Assembly: GCA_951406725.2 (NCBI GenBank)
Contig: OX597830.1
Location: 33,046,001 to 33,110,000, forward strand
Source of the DNA: Octopus vulgaris
Lineage: Eukaryota
Length of the DNA stretch: 64,000 nt
Direction of reading: 5' to 3'
Below, piece after piece: positions 39,639 to 51,910 of this stretch (the first letter of the stretch is position 1; each line of letters starts with the position of its first letter). Under the pieces are notes generated by a model. The model made no database searches. It had not been told where the DNA came from and worked only from the letters and a program-made list of their open reading frames with translations. The position numbers were made by a program, and so were the translations under genes.

Positions 39639-40628
39639 TGAAGAAATAGGTAGAGTTGAGAACAATGAGCGATACGAGATGAAACAGGATCATGAGTCAT
39701 TACAAAATGCTTGTATTGTAGATCTTTCAAAACCCATGTTGGTATACTGAGAACCAATAATAATGATTGAAATGAAAAGGAAACAAACATTGTCTAAATT
39801 GGTTGAATTACCATCTAAAAGGTTTAGCAGTTATTTTCTTTTATCTTTTTTTTTTATTTACTGGAAATCATCAGAAACAATGACATAAAAGGTACTGGTA
39901 AACATTGATTTTAGAATTAAAAAAAAAAAAAGAGAGAAAAAGAACGAAAGAATTAAACATAAAAACATGTTCTGTATAAGATGGAATAGAAATCATTCAT
40001 TTAGATGGTTTCTGTCTAAATTAAATATGAGAGAATATGGAGGAGTTTCAAAGTTGTTGATATATTAGTTCTAATTTCGTTTATTGATAATATTAGCGGT
40101 ATTTTAAGATGGTGAGCTAGTGGAATCGTTATCACGCCAGGCAAAATACTTAGTGGTGTTCAGTCTGTCTTTATGTTCTGAGTTCAAATTTTTGCTGAGG
40201 TCAGGTTTTGTCTTTCATCCTTTTGTGGGGTCGATAAAATAAGTCGCTGTTTGAGTACTGGGATTGATGTTATTGATTTACCCTCTCTTCTGAACTTGCT
40301 GGCCTTGTGCCAAAATTTGAAACAAATATTACACCCTCACGGAGGCAAAGTGGCTGAGTTCCTTTCGAGTGTCAGGCCTCACGGAGACAATGACCGAGAC
40401 CTTTGGCATCATGTCGGGCTTGAGAAGAAGACCCATAAATTTGTGGCAGATACTGATGTCACACAAAAGGCACCCATTACATTCTTGGAATGTTTGGTGT
40501 TAGGAAGAGTATCCAGCCATTGAAAAACCATACCAAATCAGACTGGAGTCAGTGCGGCCTTCTAGGTGGACCTCTAAGCATTTTGCCCATCATGCTAATG
40601 ATTCTGCCAGCTTGCTGCCTTAATAATG

Positions 40629-40679
<51 letters not shown>

Positions 40680-40724
40680 TTAATAATAATAATAATAATA
40701 ATGATGATGATGATGATGATGATG

Positions 40725-40778
<54 letters not shown>

Positions 40779-40866
40779 TAATAACAACAACAACAACAAC
40801 AATAATAACAACAACAATAATAACAACAATGATAATAACAATAATGGTTTGACAGTCAAACCATCC

Positions 40867-40909
<43 letters not shown>

Positions 40910-40942
40910 GTTTGACAGTCAAACCATCCAGTCCATGCCAGA

Positions 40943-40974
<32 letters not shown>

Positions 40975-41388
40975 CTTGAGGTGCTTATCTGGCAGAAATG
41001 TTAACATGCTGGACAAAATGCCACAAAGCATTTTGTCCATCCTTACTTTCCAACTTCAAACTCCACCGTGGTTGACTTTGCCTCTCATCTTTTGGAGGTC
41101 GATAAAATAAGTACCAGTTGAAAACTGAGGTCGATGCAGTCAACTTACCCCTTTCTCCAAAATTGCTGGCCTTGTGCCAAAATTTGAAACCAATATTTGT
41201 AGTATTTTGCCAATTGATAGGTTGTTGCTTTTGTTGTTGTTGTTGTTGTTGTTGCAGTTGTCAGTACTTGATTAGACCATCTGAAATAATTTAGCCGGTT
41301 AATAAATGAATTTAGTTACAGGGAGAGTTTACCAGATGGGTAACAGTCCTTTTGTTGCTCATCTGTCATGATACTATGATCCAATGTA

Positions 41389-41700
41389 GTAAAGATTGTT
41401 TGCCAGCATAACATGGCAGTCCTGGTTTAGGACGAATGTTGCTGTAATTTTAGCCCCAGGAGACATCGTCTCCAGCTGGCTATACAACACGATCTGTGGC
41501 CTTATGTTTTTGAACAAAGGAATCTAGCTTCCCTACTCAGCTCAAAACGATATCTGTGTATCACAATTTCCCTTGTTTGAAAATATAAGGACACAGATCA
41601 TGCTGTATAGCCAGCTGGAGACGATGTTTCCTGGGGCTAAATTACAGTAACATTCGTCCTAAACCAGGAGTGCTATGTTATGTTGGCAAACAATCTTTAC
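41389..41700. mobile_element. Mutator/foldback-like MITE with ~135-bp TIRs and 9-bp TSD
   Basis: gtaaagattgtttgcca...tggcaaacaatctttac; flanks tccaatgta (41380-41388) / tccaaagta (41701-41709), 8/9 identical. Confidence 0.85.
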
Positions 41701-41875
41701 TCCAAAGTACTGTTGCTGAGTATCTCTCGTTGTGAGATTTAAAAATAGTAACTACCATCCAATATTTAAAATTAATTTGTTGTCCTTATAATGAACTTGT
41801 TGATCCATAATTTAGTATAAGTTTAATTTGCTTAACCCTAAACAGAATGACATACTTGATGTTTTACTCTGTTAA

Positions 41876-42095
41876 CTTTTCTGATACCCACCTGTCTAAG
41901 ACAGCTTCTCATTCTATGATACAAACTTCTTGTCTAAATTGATCTAATTAAAATTTTCCTTTAAAATTTCATAATGATTTATGCTCCAAAAGTTAGCATA
42001 AGAAGGACAAAATTATTTTGCTATATTTGCCATTATTTTACAAAATTATTTAAACACAGAGTATATTTCAACAGAAGTATGGTAACAAAAAGGTT
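41876..42095. mobile_element. piggyBac-type MITE (diverged)
   Basis: ttaa|cttttctgatacc ... ggtaacaaaaaggtt; same family as 15275-15472. Confidence 0.55.
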
Positions 42096-42248
42096 GGCTT
42101 TCAGGCACCCTTGGTAGAGCCTCTTAGGTACCTTTAGCAGAGGCCAATCTATTGCAGTGTCAGGTCTTTTGACTGAGGATAATTTTCTCTTTGGTTCCTA
42201 CCAACCCTATACAGTTCAAGGTTGTTTTCCTTCCTTCAATCACTAGAT

Positions 42249-42570
42249 CAGGGGTTGAGGAACCTTTTTAACCATTTACCCCAAGATGTATTTATTTACA
42301 CTGACGTTACTCCCTTGATTTGAATGGAAGAAAATCATAAATTCTCTGAGTTTAAAAGGTTTACTGAAACTTTTTATTGAATTTATTTACATGAATCTAT
42401 ATACACATCCATTATATTTAATTGATGTAGTGTTGCCAGAAGAAAAATTTCTGTCATAACAAGGAACATTTTTTTCATATAATTTTACTTGGATCTAATG
42501 AGTCCTCGTTACCTGCAAGAATTTCATTTTACCCCACTTGGGGTAATTTTCCCCAGTTCACCAACCCCTA
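42249..42570. mobile_element. hAT (Charlie-like) MITE
   Basis: TIR caggggttgaggaac / gttcaccaaccccta; 8-bp flanks cactagat / ttctagat, fitting the NTCTAGAN-type target. Confidence 0.82.
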
Positions 42571-43212
42571 TTCTAGATCATAAAAAAAGAAGAAATAGCA
42601 AAGGGGAGAAAAGAAAAAGGAAAATTATCTAGTTTTGTTTTTTGTTTCAGAAAGGGTGGTCATATACATCTTGTTTAATTTGATTTGCCATAAATGTTAG
42701 GGAAGAAAAAGTTTTTTTCTTTTTCAGAAAGTATCTGTATTACAAAAATACACTATCCCAAATACAACTCTAATTTACTGTTTCAAGAACTTGCACAATA
42801 CATTTATAGATCCATAGAAACGAGAGCAAAGATGAGATGATTTTTTTGATACATCATTATGAACTAATTCAAAATTCAATGACTAATACAGAGTTTCAAT
42901 AATAAAAATGGTCTACCATCAAAGATAAAATTCCATTGGGATTCAGTATTATTTCACTAAGCTCCATAAAATAAAGATCAATAATATTCTGGACTCTGTT
43001 CAATTGACTATACCTTTTTCTTTCAGTCTATTTCTTTTGCTTAAAAAAATTCAGAGTTTTCTTCTAACATGTTCAAGAAATAGAATGGAATTTTATGGTT
43101 TGGATTATAAGGAAATTCAACCTTTAATATCCATGTTAAATGAAGGCATATGCTTCAGGTGACTTTTAGGTAACTTTAGGATAACTTTCCAGGTCATTAT
43201 TTTAGATTGTGG

Positions 43213-43870
43213 AGGCAACGAGCTGGCAGAATCATTAGCATGCTGGATGGAATGCTTAGTGGTATTTCACTGAGTTCAAATTCTGCCAAGATCAACTTTG
43301 CCTTTCATCCTTTTGGGGTTGATAAATTAAGTACTAATGACGCACTGGGGTCGATGTAATCAACTATCACCCTCACTCCAAATTTCAGGCCTTGTGCCTT
43401 TAGTAGAAAAGATTATTTGAGGTATCCTAAAGCAGTGAGCTGGCAGAATTGTTAGCATGCTGGGTGAAATGCTTAGCGGTATTTCGCCCGATGCTACATT
43501 CTGAGTTCAAATTCTGCCGAGGTCAACTTTGCTTTTCATCCTTTCAGGGTCAATAAATTAAGTACTAGTGGAACACTGGGGTCGATGTAATTTGCGACCC
43601 CTCTGCCCCCAAATTTCAGACATTGTGCCTATAGAAGAGATTATTTTAAATTGCTTAAGGCAGTGAGCTGGCAGAGTTGTTAGCATGCTTGACAAAATGC
43701 TCAGCAGCATTTTTTCCAGCTTTCCATTTTGAGTTCAAATTCCACTGAGGTAGATTTTGCCATTTTGTTTTTCCTGGATTGATAAAATAAACTACCAGGG
43801 AAGTACTAGGGCTGATGTAATCAACTAGCACTCCAACAAAAAATTTCAGACATTAGGCCTAAAAAAGAAA
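43213..43870 (+). mobile_element. Three consecutive SINE-B copies
   Basis: Heads gagctggcaga at ~43220, ~43437 and ~43665, each with Nin-like core and aaatttcag..ctt/cattg tail. Confidence 0.9.
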
Positions 43871-44119
43871 GACTTAGTTAATAGGTTAATTAATAAAGGT
43901 AATTCATTCTAAATCTTTATCTGCTCTAGGAAGTGCATCCAGCTGTAGAAACTCTGCCAGATCAGATGGAAGCCTGGTGCAGCCTACTGGCTTGCCAGAC
44001 CTCAGTCTAATCGTCCATTCCATGCTAGCATGGAAAGCAGACGTTAAATGATGATGGTGATGATGATTGCAAGATTTTGTTGGGTGTGAATAAAAATGTG
44101 TTCCACAGGGAAAGTTTAA

Positions 44120-44464
44120 TCCTTTAGCATCCAGGTTACACAGTCAAAGGTAATGCTTATTTATTCACATTATTTTGATTTGCTTTTCTTTCTTTCAGGG
44201 TCAATTAAGCAAGTACCAGTAATTCACTGGGGATGATGTAATCAACTTGCCCCCTCCCCACAACTTCCAGGCCTTATGCCAATTGTAGAAAGGATTATTT
44301 TGATTAATCATGCATTATCTTGTAGCTTTGAGATTTCAATTGTTTGATTGTTTTATTGTTAGAATGGCCTTGTAGGATAAGTGCAAGATGCCAGATCAGG
44401 CTTGTTTGAACATAAAACAGGTAGAATATTTGAGCTGGATATGGTTGGTTTGAATGCTAATGGG
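44120..44464. mobile_element. piggyBac-type MITE with a nested 5'-truncated SINE-B (44181-44293)
   Basis: TTAA|tcctttagcat ... atgctaatggg|TTAA; the SINE-B is flanked by a 12-bp TSD attattttgatt (44169-44180, 44294-44305). Confidence 0.85.
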
Positions 44465-44619
44465 TTAAACAATTCTGAAACATATCTGGAATTGTTGTTA
44501 TAATTAGCATGTATTAAACCACCCCCCACTACATATTCCCATTAAATTTTTAATCAATTTGGATTGAAGAGTTGCCTCCCTCACCTGTTTTGACAACATC
44601 TTTCGCTTCATTTTCTTTT

Positions 44620-44818
44620 TCTTATCTCTTTTACTTGTTTCAGTCATTTGACTGCGGCCATGCTGGAGCACCACCTTTAGTCAAGCAAATCAACCCCAGG
44701 AATTATTCATTGGAAGCCTAGTACTTATTCTATCGGTCTCTTTTTTGAAGAACCGCCAAGTTACGGGGATGTAAACACACCAGCATCGGTTGTCAAGCGA
44801 TGCTGGGGGGAAAACACA

Positions 44819-44854
<36 letters not shown>

Positions 44855-45039
44855 TACATATACATATATATACGGTGGGCTTCTTTCAGTTTCCGTCAAC
44901 CAAATCCACTCACAAGGCTTTGGTCAGCCCGAGGCTATAGTAGAAGACACACACCGAAGGTGCCTGCCATGCAGTGGGAATGAACCTGGAACCATGTGGT
45001 TGGTAAGCAAGCTACTTACCACACAGCCACTCCTGCGCC
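44620..45039 (-). mobile_element. SINE-A, full length
   Basis: Reverse complement colinear with the 8772 copy. Confidence 0.92.
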
Positions 45040-45691
45040 TGGCAATTCAAAATAATTTTAATTGATTAACTTCATTTTTTTTTGGTGATTTTTAACTACA
45101 TTATGGACGTTACTCCCACATACTATTTGCAGATCGGTCATAAACACAGCATAAACCACATGAAAATAAAATAAGAATGGAGTAAAAGAAACTGTACGCA
45201 TGATATTTACAATCTGATTGTTTATATTAGTTTGAAGTATAAGTCCTTACAAACATGGGAAAACTTTTGAGGAATGAAACAGCTAGAGCTGACAAGTCTT
45301 CCGACTTTTATTCTTGAGAGATTAGCCTTTGGATAAGATAATTTATTACAATTGAAATAGATTGGACTGTTTATGGATGTCGGTCTCTTTGTACACAAGC
45401 CTGTATCAACACAAGGTTAAAAACCGATGGTGATGTTAATCGCCCACGGCATCGTCATAATCATCATCGCTGTCGTCATCATCATCAACATTGCCACCAC
45501 CACCACCACCACCACGATCATGATGATCATCATCATTGTCATCATCACCATCATTGGCAACAGCAGCAGTGGCAGCAGTACCATCAGCATCATCGTCATC
45601 ATCATTACCATTCTCATCATCATGATCATCATTGTCATCATTAGCAGTAGCAGCAGCAGCATCAGCAACAACAGCATCAGCATCATCATCC

Positions 45692-45724
<33 letters not shown>

Positions 45725-45884
45725 CTGCCACCACCACCACCTTCTACACCATCACCACCATCACCTCCTACACCGTCACCACCACCACTAGCACTTTCAT
45801 CATCACCATCATTATCATCATCATCACCAGCACCACCATCTCCAACACCAGAATCATCGTCATCATAATCATCATAATCATCAT

Positions 45885-45935
<51 letters not shown>

Positions 45936-46646
45936 TATCATTTTAATCATCATCATTATCATCATCAACATCATTATCATTATCATTATCATGAGGCTTA
46001 AAGACAGCAGTAATCATAATCAATATATGATGATGATGATGATGATGATGAAGATGATGATAATTGAGGTGGGAATCATGATAGCAGAAATGGTCAAGAA
46101 CAGCCTACCACTGTAGAATTATGAGAAGTGATGTTGGCAGATGTACGTGCATGCATGTGTTTGTGCGTTTGTTTGAGTTGGAATTGTTTAATCTATGTCG
46201 CATGTCATGGGTTTAACTCACTGATTAATCTAATATCAATTTTGTGGAATTCAGCCGTGACCTTAATGAGACCATTGCACTGAGTAAGAAAGTTAATCCT
46301 TAAATATTTGACCAGACATTAGCCAGGAATGTTATGTGAAACACACTTAGTAATTTACCATTTCCTTTTATCATAAATGTTACGAAAGAACTAGATGGGC
46401 TACATAATAGATAATTGTTTGTGGATTTGTCATTATTATTATTATTATTATGATTATTATTATTATTATTATTATTAACATTATTATTATTACTATTAAC
46501 ATTATTATTATTACTATTATTATTATTATTACTATTATTATTATTATTACTATTATCGTCATCATCATCATCACTCATCTCCATCAATATAGTTGTCATT
46601 GTCATCGTCATCATCATCACAATCATCATTTTTATCATCACTATTA

Positions 46647-46693
<47 letters not shown>

Positions 46694-46797
46694 ATTATTA
46701 TTATTATTATAATTATTATTATTGTTATTATTATTATTATTATTATTGTTATTATTATTGTTATTATTATTGTTATTATTATCATCATCATCATCAT

Positions 46798-47005
46798 CGG
46801 GCAAAATGCGTAGCTGTATTTCGTCTGCCGTTACGTTCTGAGTTCAAATTCTGCCGAGGTCGACTTTGCCTTTCATCCTTTCCGGGTCGATAAAGTAAGT
46901 ACCAGTTACGCACTGGAGGTCGATGGAATCAACTTAATCACTTTGTCTGTCCTTGTTTGTCCCCTCTGTGTTTAGCCCCTTGTGGGTAGTAAAAAAAATA
47001 ATATA

Positions 47006-47074
<69 letters not shown>

Positions 47075-47323
47075 CATAAAGGCAGTGAGATGGCAGAATA
47101 GTTAGCATGCCGGATGACATACTTTCATCTGTCTTTATGTTCTGAGTTTAAATTCCTCCAAGGTTGACTTTACTTGTCATCCTTTTGGGGTTGATAAATT
47201 AAGTACCAGTTGAGTTCTAGGGTGATGTAATCGATTTAATTCCTTCCCACAAATTTCAGTCTTTGTGCCTGTCTGTCTTTGTATTGTCTCCCTCACCCTT
47301 TGCCCTTGTGGCAAATAAATGAA

Positions 47324-47379
<56 letters not shown>

Positions 47380-47506
47380 CATCATCATCATTATTATTAT
47401 TATGATTATTATTATTATTATCATTATTATTATTATTATTATAATTATTATTATTGTTATTATTATTATTATTATTGTTATTACTATTGTTATTATTATT
47501 ATTATT

Positions 47507-47572
<66 letters not shown>

Positions 47573-47829
47573 ATTATAAAGGCAGTGCGATGGCAGAATA
47601 GTTAGCATGCCGGATGACATACTCTTTCATCTGTCTTTATGTTCTGAGTTTAAATTCCTCCAAGGTTGACTCCAAGGTCATCCTTTTGGGGTTGATAAAT
47701 TAAGTACCAGTTGAGTCCTAGGGTGGTGTAATCGACTTAATTCCTTCCCACAAATTTCAGTCTTTGTGCCTGTCTGTCTTTGTATTGACTCCCTCACCCT
47801 TTGCCCTTGTGGCAAATAAATGAAATTAA

Positions 47830-47880
<51 letters not shown>

Positions 47881-48205
47881 GTTATTATTATTATTAAGGC
47901 AGCAAGCTGGCAAAATTGTTAGCATTCCGGGTGAAATGGTTAATGATATTTCATCTATCTTTATGTCCTGAGTTCAAGTGCTGCCAGGGTCTACTTTGCC
48001 TTTCATCCTTTTGGAGTTGCTAGAATAAGTACCAGTTGAGTACTGAGGTTGATGTAATCGACTTAGTTCCTCCTTCAAAATGTCAGGCCTTGTGCCTATA
48101 GTAGTAAGAATTATTGTTATTATTAATACAACAAGGTGGCAGAACCATCAGCACGCCTGGTCAAATGCCTTTTTGGGGTTGATAAAATAAGCACTGGTTG
48201 AGCAC
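46798..48205 (+). mobile_element. Cluster of five SINE-B copies/fragments separated by (ATT)n
   Basis: Copies at ~46798, 47080, 47580, 47897 and 48134. Confidence 0.88.
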
Positions 48206-48665
48206 TCAAAGTTTCACTTTGCTCAGTCCATTAGAATTTCTGATGAAGGTGAGTAAGCTAAAACTTTGATTTCATTGTCGATAAACCTTTTTTTTTGTAA
48301 AAGTTAATACATGTATGTATGTATATAACATTATATGCATTTGTGCATATGTATATATGTATATGTATATATATATATACATATGTATGTGTATATGTAT
48401 AAATAGGCACACACACACACATATTTATAAGATAAGGATATAATCATAAAATGATTATATCAGTGGCCTAGCATTTAGAAATGACCATAGAGGCAATATT
48501 AATTTACTCACATATATAATTATAAAGATATGATTAGGCATTTGACACCTATTTCTAGCATTGGTATTGGTCATTTCCACTAGCCCTTAACTGTAATTAT
48601 ATCTTTATAATTATATACGTGAAAAATATAATATATATAAATATATATAACCTTCTGTCAGTCTG

Positions 48666-48752
<87 letters not shown>

Positions 48753-48919
48753 CTAATACATACACCAACCCTATACATACACACATCCAGACCCCTCCCA
48801 CGCACTTTTAGCTGGTCCCTCAACCCTTTTATCAACCCTATTATCTCCCCTTATTTCGCTCTCGCGTCTCATGTTTGATCTTTGACCTCTGGCCGAAATC
48901 AGATCGCCCTGTTGATTCG

Positions 48920-49115
48920 TTAGCTACTGCACGCATTTTTTTCTCTCCTCTTTCTGTGTTTTTCTCTCTCTGTGTATCTTTCTGTTGAAGAGCGTAGGCT
49001 CGAAATGTTAAAGACTTGTTTTATTTATATTTCCTGAGCGCCATACTAATACAATTGTTCGTTTGTTTTCCACCTGCCTTCGTCTTTTGTTTATTTTCAT
49101 AAAGCTTCCCGTTAT
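48920..49115 (+). mobile_element. Non-autonomous element with variant hammerhead motif (48977-49014)
   Basis: tcttt-CTGTTGA-a-GAGC gtag GCTC-GAAA-TGTT-aaaga; ends at (TA)n. Confidence 0.68.
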
Positions 49116-49224
49116 ATATATATATATATAGAGAGAGAGAAAGATAGATAGATAGATAGATAGATAGGCAGAAAGTTAAAGATATATATATATATGTATA
49201 TATAAATATATTTAACTTTGCCAT

Positions 49225-49415
49225 GATAGATCATTAGCTGCTATACCTTCTTCTAATTTCTCTCTCTGCTTAATTCTGTGTTCCTTTCTTTTGAAGAGCA
49301 TAGGCTCGAAATGTAAAAGACTTTCTCACTTCCCGAGCATTAAACTAATACATCTGTTTGTTGTTTACACACTCATTTTCATCTTTTGTTTTTTTGTAAA
49401 TTCTCACTACATATT
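49225..49415 (+). mobile_element. Second copy of hammerhead-motif element (motif 49284-49319)
   Basis: cttt-CTTTTGA-a-GAGC atag GCTC-GAAA-TGTA-aaag; downstream ttcccgagc..actaataca..tgtttgtt shared with the 48920 copy. Confidence 0.62.
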
Positions 49416-49874
49416 TAACTTCCTGTCTATCCATCTATCTATCTTTCTATCAATATATATATATATATATATATATAATAACTGTAATAAACACGTGAAG
49501 AACAAATATATATTGTGCATGTGTATATTTGGCAAAAAAAAAATGAAAACTGACCCTGAAATATAACAATATATATATATAAGTGAGTTTGGAGGGATAT
49601 ATTATCCAGTCGAATACCGTAATAGCACTTAGTTATGTTCCAGTTAACGGCTAACCACAACAATCGGTGATTTTATGTCTGTGGCTACATTTAGATGCTC
49701 CATGAATTCTTCCAATGGATAATTCTGTGTACTCTTCACTGGACAATAAAATTTATCTGGAGGATATAAAATTGATATTAATAATAGTAAAGAGAATGGA
49801 GACTTCTACACACACATGTATATATACACATATACACACACATATATATATGTACACACACACACACACACATT

Positions 49875-50055
49875 TGGTTGAAAATAATACAAAAATCAAA
49901 ACAAAAAACAAAAGGTTGTGGCAAGTGAAGGAACAACAAACAGGGTTTATTAATCTTATGCTCTGGAAGAAATGGAAGAAATCTTTGATGTTTTGAGCAT
50001 ATGCTCTTCTACAGAGAAAGGAACGAGGACAGAAAACAGATGGAGAGGGAAAATA
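49875..50055 (-). mobile_element. Third copy of hammerhead-motif element (motif 49982-50020)
   Basis: Minus strand ctttct-CTGTAGA-a-GAGC atat GCTC-AAAA-CATC-aaaga. Confidence 0.6.
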
Positions 50056-50216
50056 TATATATATATATAAGAAGGTGAATGAATTATCCTAGTATGGATA
50101 ATTTGGTTAATCAATACCTGGGTAGCAAATTCACGTCAGAAAACACGGTTGAAGCTATATGCCAAGGATAGGGATCCCGTGTTCTCATGTGTAAATTTGT
50201 GTTTTTTTTAATTATG

Positions 50217-50398
50217 AATAAATGAAAGAATGGAGTCGAACGACGATTTTAACAAAATTCCTTTACTCTCGACACATGTTTCAAAGGCTGCATATTCCTA
50301 ATATTAGGAATATGCAGGAATATGCAGCCTTCGAAACATATGTCGAGAGTAAAGGAATTTTGTTAAAATCGTCGTTCGACTCCATTCTTTCATTTATT
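50217..50398. repeat. Near-perfect palindrome (~86-bp arms)
   Basis: Axis cctaat|attagg at 50302/50303; 2 mismatches plus a 10-bp duplication (ggaatatgca) in the right arm. Confidence 0.95.
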
Positions 50399-51076
50399 TA
50401 TATATATATATATATATTCTTGTGTGTAGAGCATAGTTAGTTAACTGATGACTTGAAAATCGAGAAATCATTGACCTAGCCACTGTTTCACCCTACTGGC
50501 TCTCTTTAGCTGTGTGTACTGTCCATCTCATAGCCTAGGCTATGATATGTCTCAACCCCGACCATTCATTTGCATAAAAAGTGCTGAACTTATAATATAT
50601 ATCCTAATTATTCATGGTGAACAGGTTACTGATTTGCTGTTAGATGAGAATAATATTAATTTCATAATATGTCAAAGAAGGCTTTCTAATTCAAATTATA
50701 TTACATTTTCAGCCTTGCCTAAGTGAAACCCACTTAATATGGTCACCTTTGAAGCCACCATAGATTTCTCTTTGGCAAAGCTACGAATGATTGCTATAAT
50801 ATAATTTGAATTATGAAGCAATGTTTGTTACAATTTGGATTTTTCTGGTTCCAAGTCAGCAATCATTTCCAATAAATTAGATATTAATTCTTGTAGTTTA
50901 TCCCTACTCAAACAGACCTATGACAGCATAAAGAATGGTCAAAAAGCTAGAAGTGTTTCACTGACAATGTGTTCAAGACGCATACACCTTGCTTAACTGA
51001 GAACCACACTGCATACTTCAACACACAGTAGTCAACCAAAGGAGTGTAGACTATCAGCTGAGACGTCTTACATATT

Positions 51077-51910
51077 CTTATTTCTTTATTGCCCACAAGG
51101 GGCTAAACATAGAGGAGACAAACAAGGACAGACAAAGGGATTAAGTCGATTACATCGACCCCAGTGCGTAACTGGTACTTAATTTATCTACCCTGAAAGG
51201 ATGAAAGGCAAAGTCAACCTTGGCAGAATATGAACTCAGAACATAGCGGCAGACGAAATACCACTAAGCATTTCGCCCGGTTGGCTAACATTTCTACCAG
51301 CTCACCACCTTCCACCTTTTACATATTCTGTACCCTCCTGTTAGCTTCTATTTACTTGCATGCTATGATGGTATTGAGAGTGGATGCAGCCAAATGGTGG
51401 TGTGGCATTTGCAAATCAGCAATGGTTGACATAATAACCACTGCTGTTGTTAATTTTTGTGTCCTTATCTACTACTACTTTGTATTCCTGATTGTCATAT
51501 ATATATATATTTATTTCAAATCTTGGTGCAAGGTGAGCAAATTTGCGGGAGAGAGAAGTGCTCAAATGGAACCTATTTTATCAACCCCAAAAGGATTAAA
51601 AGCAATGTTGACCTCAGCAGGATTTGAACTCATGATGTAAAAGGACTGACGAAATACCACTAAACATTTTGCCCGGTATGCTAACAATTTTGCCAACTCA
51701 TTACCCTTGTTCTGAATACAATATGTATTGATTTTAAAATTTGGCACAAGGCCAATATGTTTGAATGAGAGGTCTAGTTAATCACATCAACCCCAGGGCT
51801 CGACTGGTACTTATATTATAGACCCCCAAAAGGATAAAAAGCAAAGTGGAATTTGAACTCAGAATGTAATGACAAGCAAAATTCTTGCTAAGCATTTTGC
51901 CCAGCATGCT
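51077..51910 (-). mobile_element. Three minus-strand SINE-B copies (~51077-51310, 51515-51705, 51735-51910)
   Basis: Repeated aaaggat..aa.gcaa.gt...gaactca...aa(g/a)cattt. Confidence 0.85.

Noticed and set aside
40843-40930. Twice-repeated palindrome atggtttgac-a-gtcaaaccat as a regulatory operator
   Set aside because: It is a short 5' inversion of a truncated RTE tail (gtcaaaccatcca) duplicated within (AAT)n.
45417-46893. Long poly-I/M/N/H/S ORFs (also 30085-30674, 37345-38293, 52481-53745)
   Set aside because: Trinucleotide mosaics open in several frames on both strands, with no splice or domain evidence.
50436-50478. CTGATGA...GAAA motif (gttaa-CTGATGA-cttgaaaatcga-GAAA-tca-ttgac) as a hammerhead
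   Set aside because: No stem III, and no UH triplet in register with stem I.
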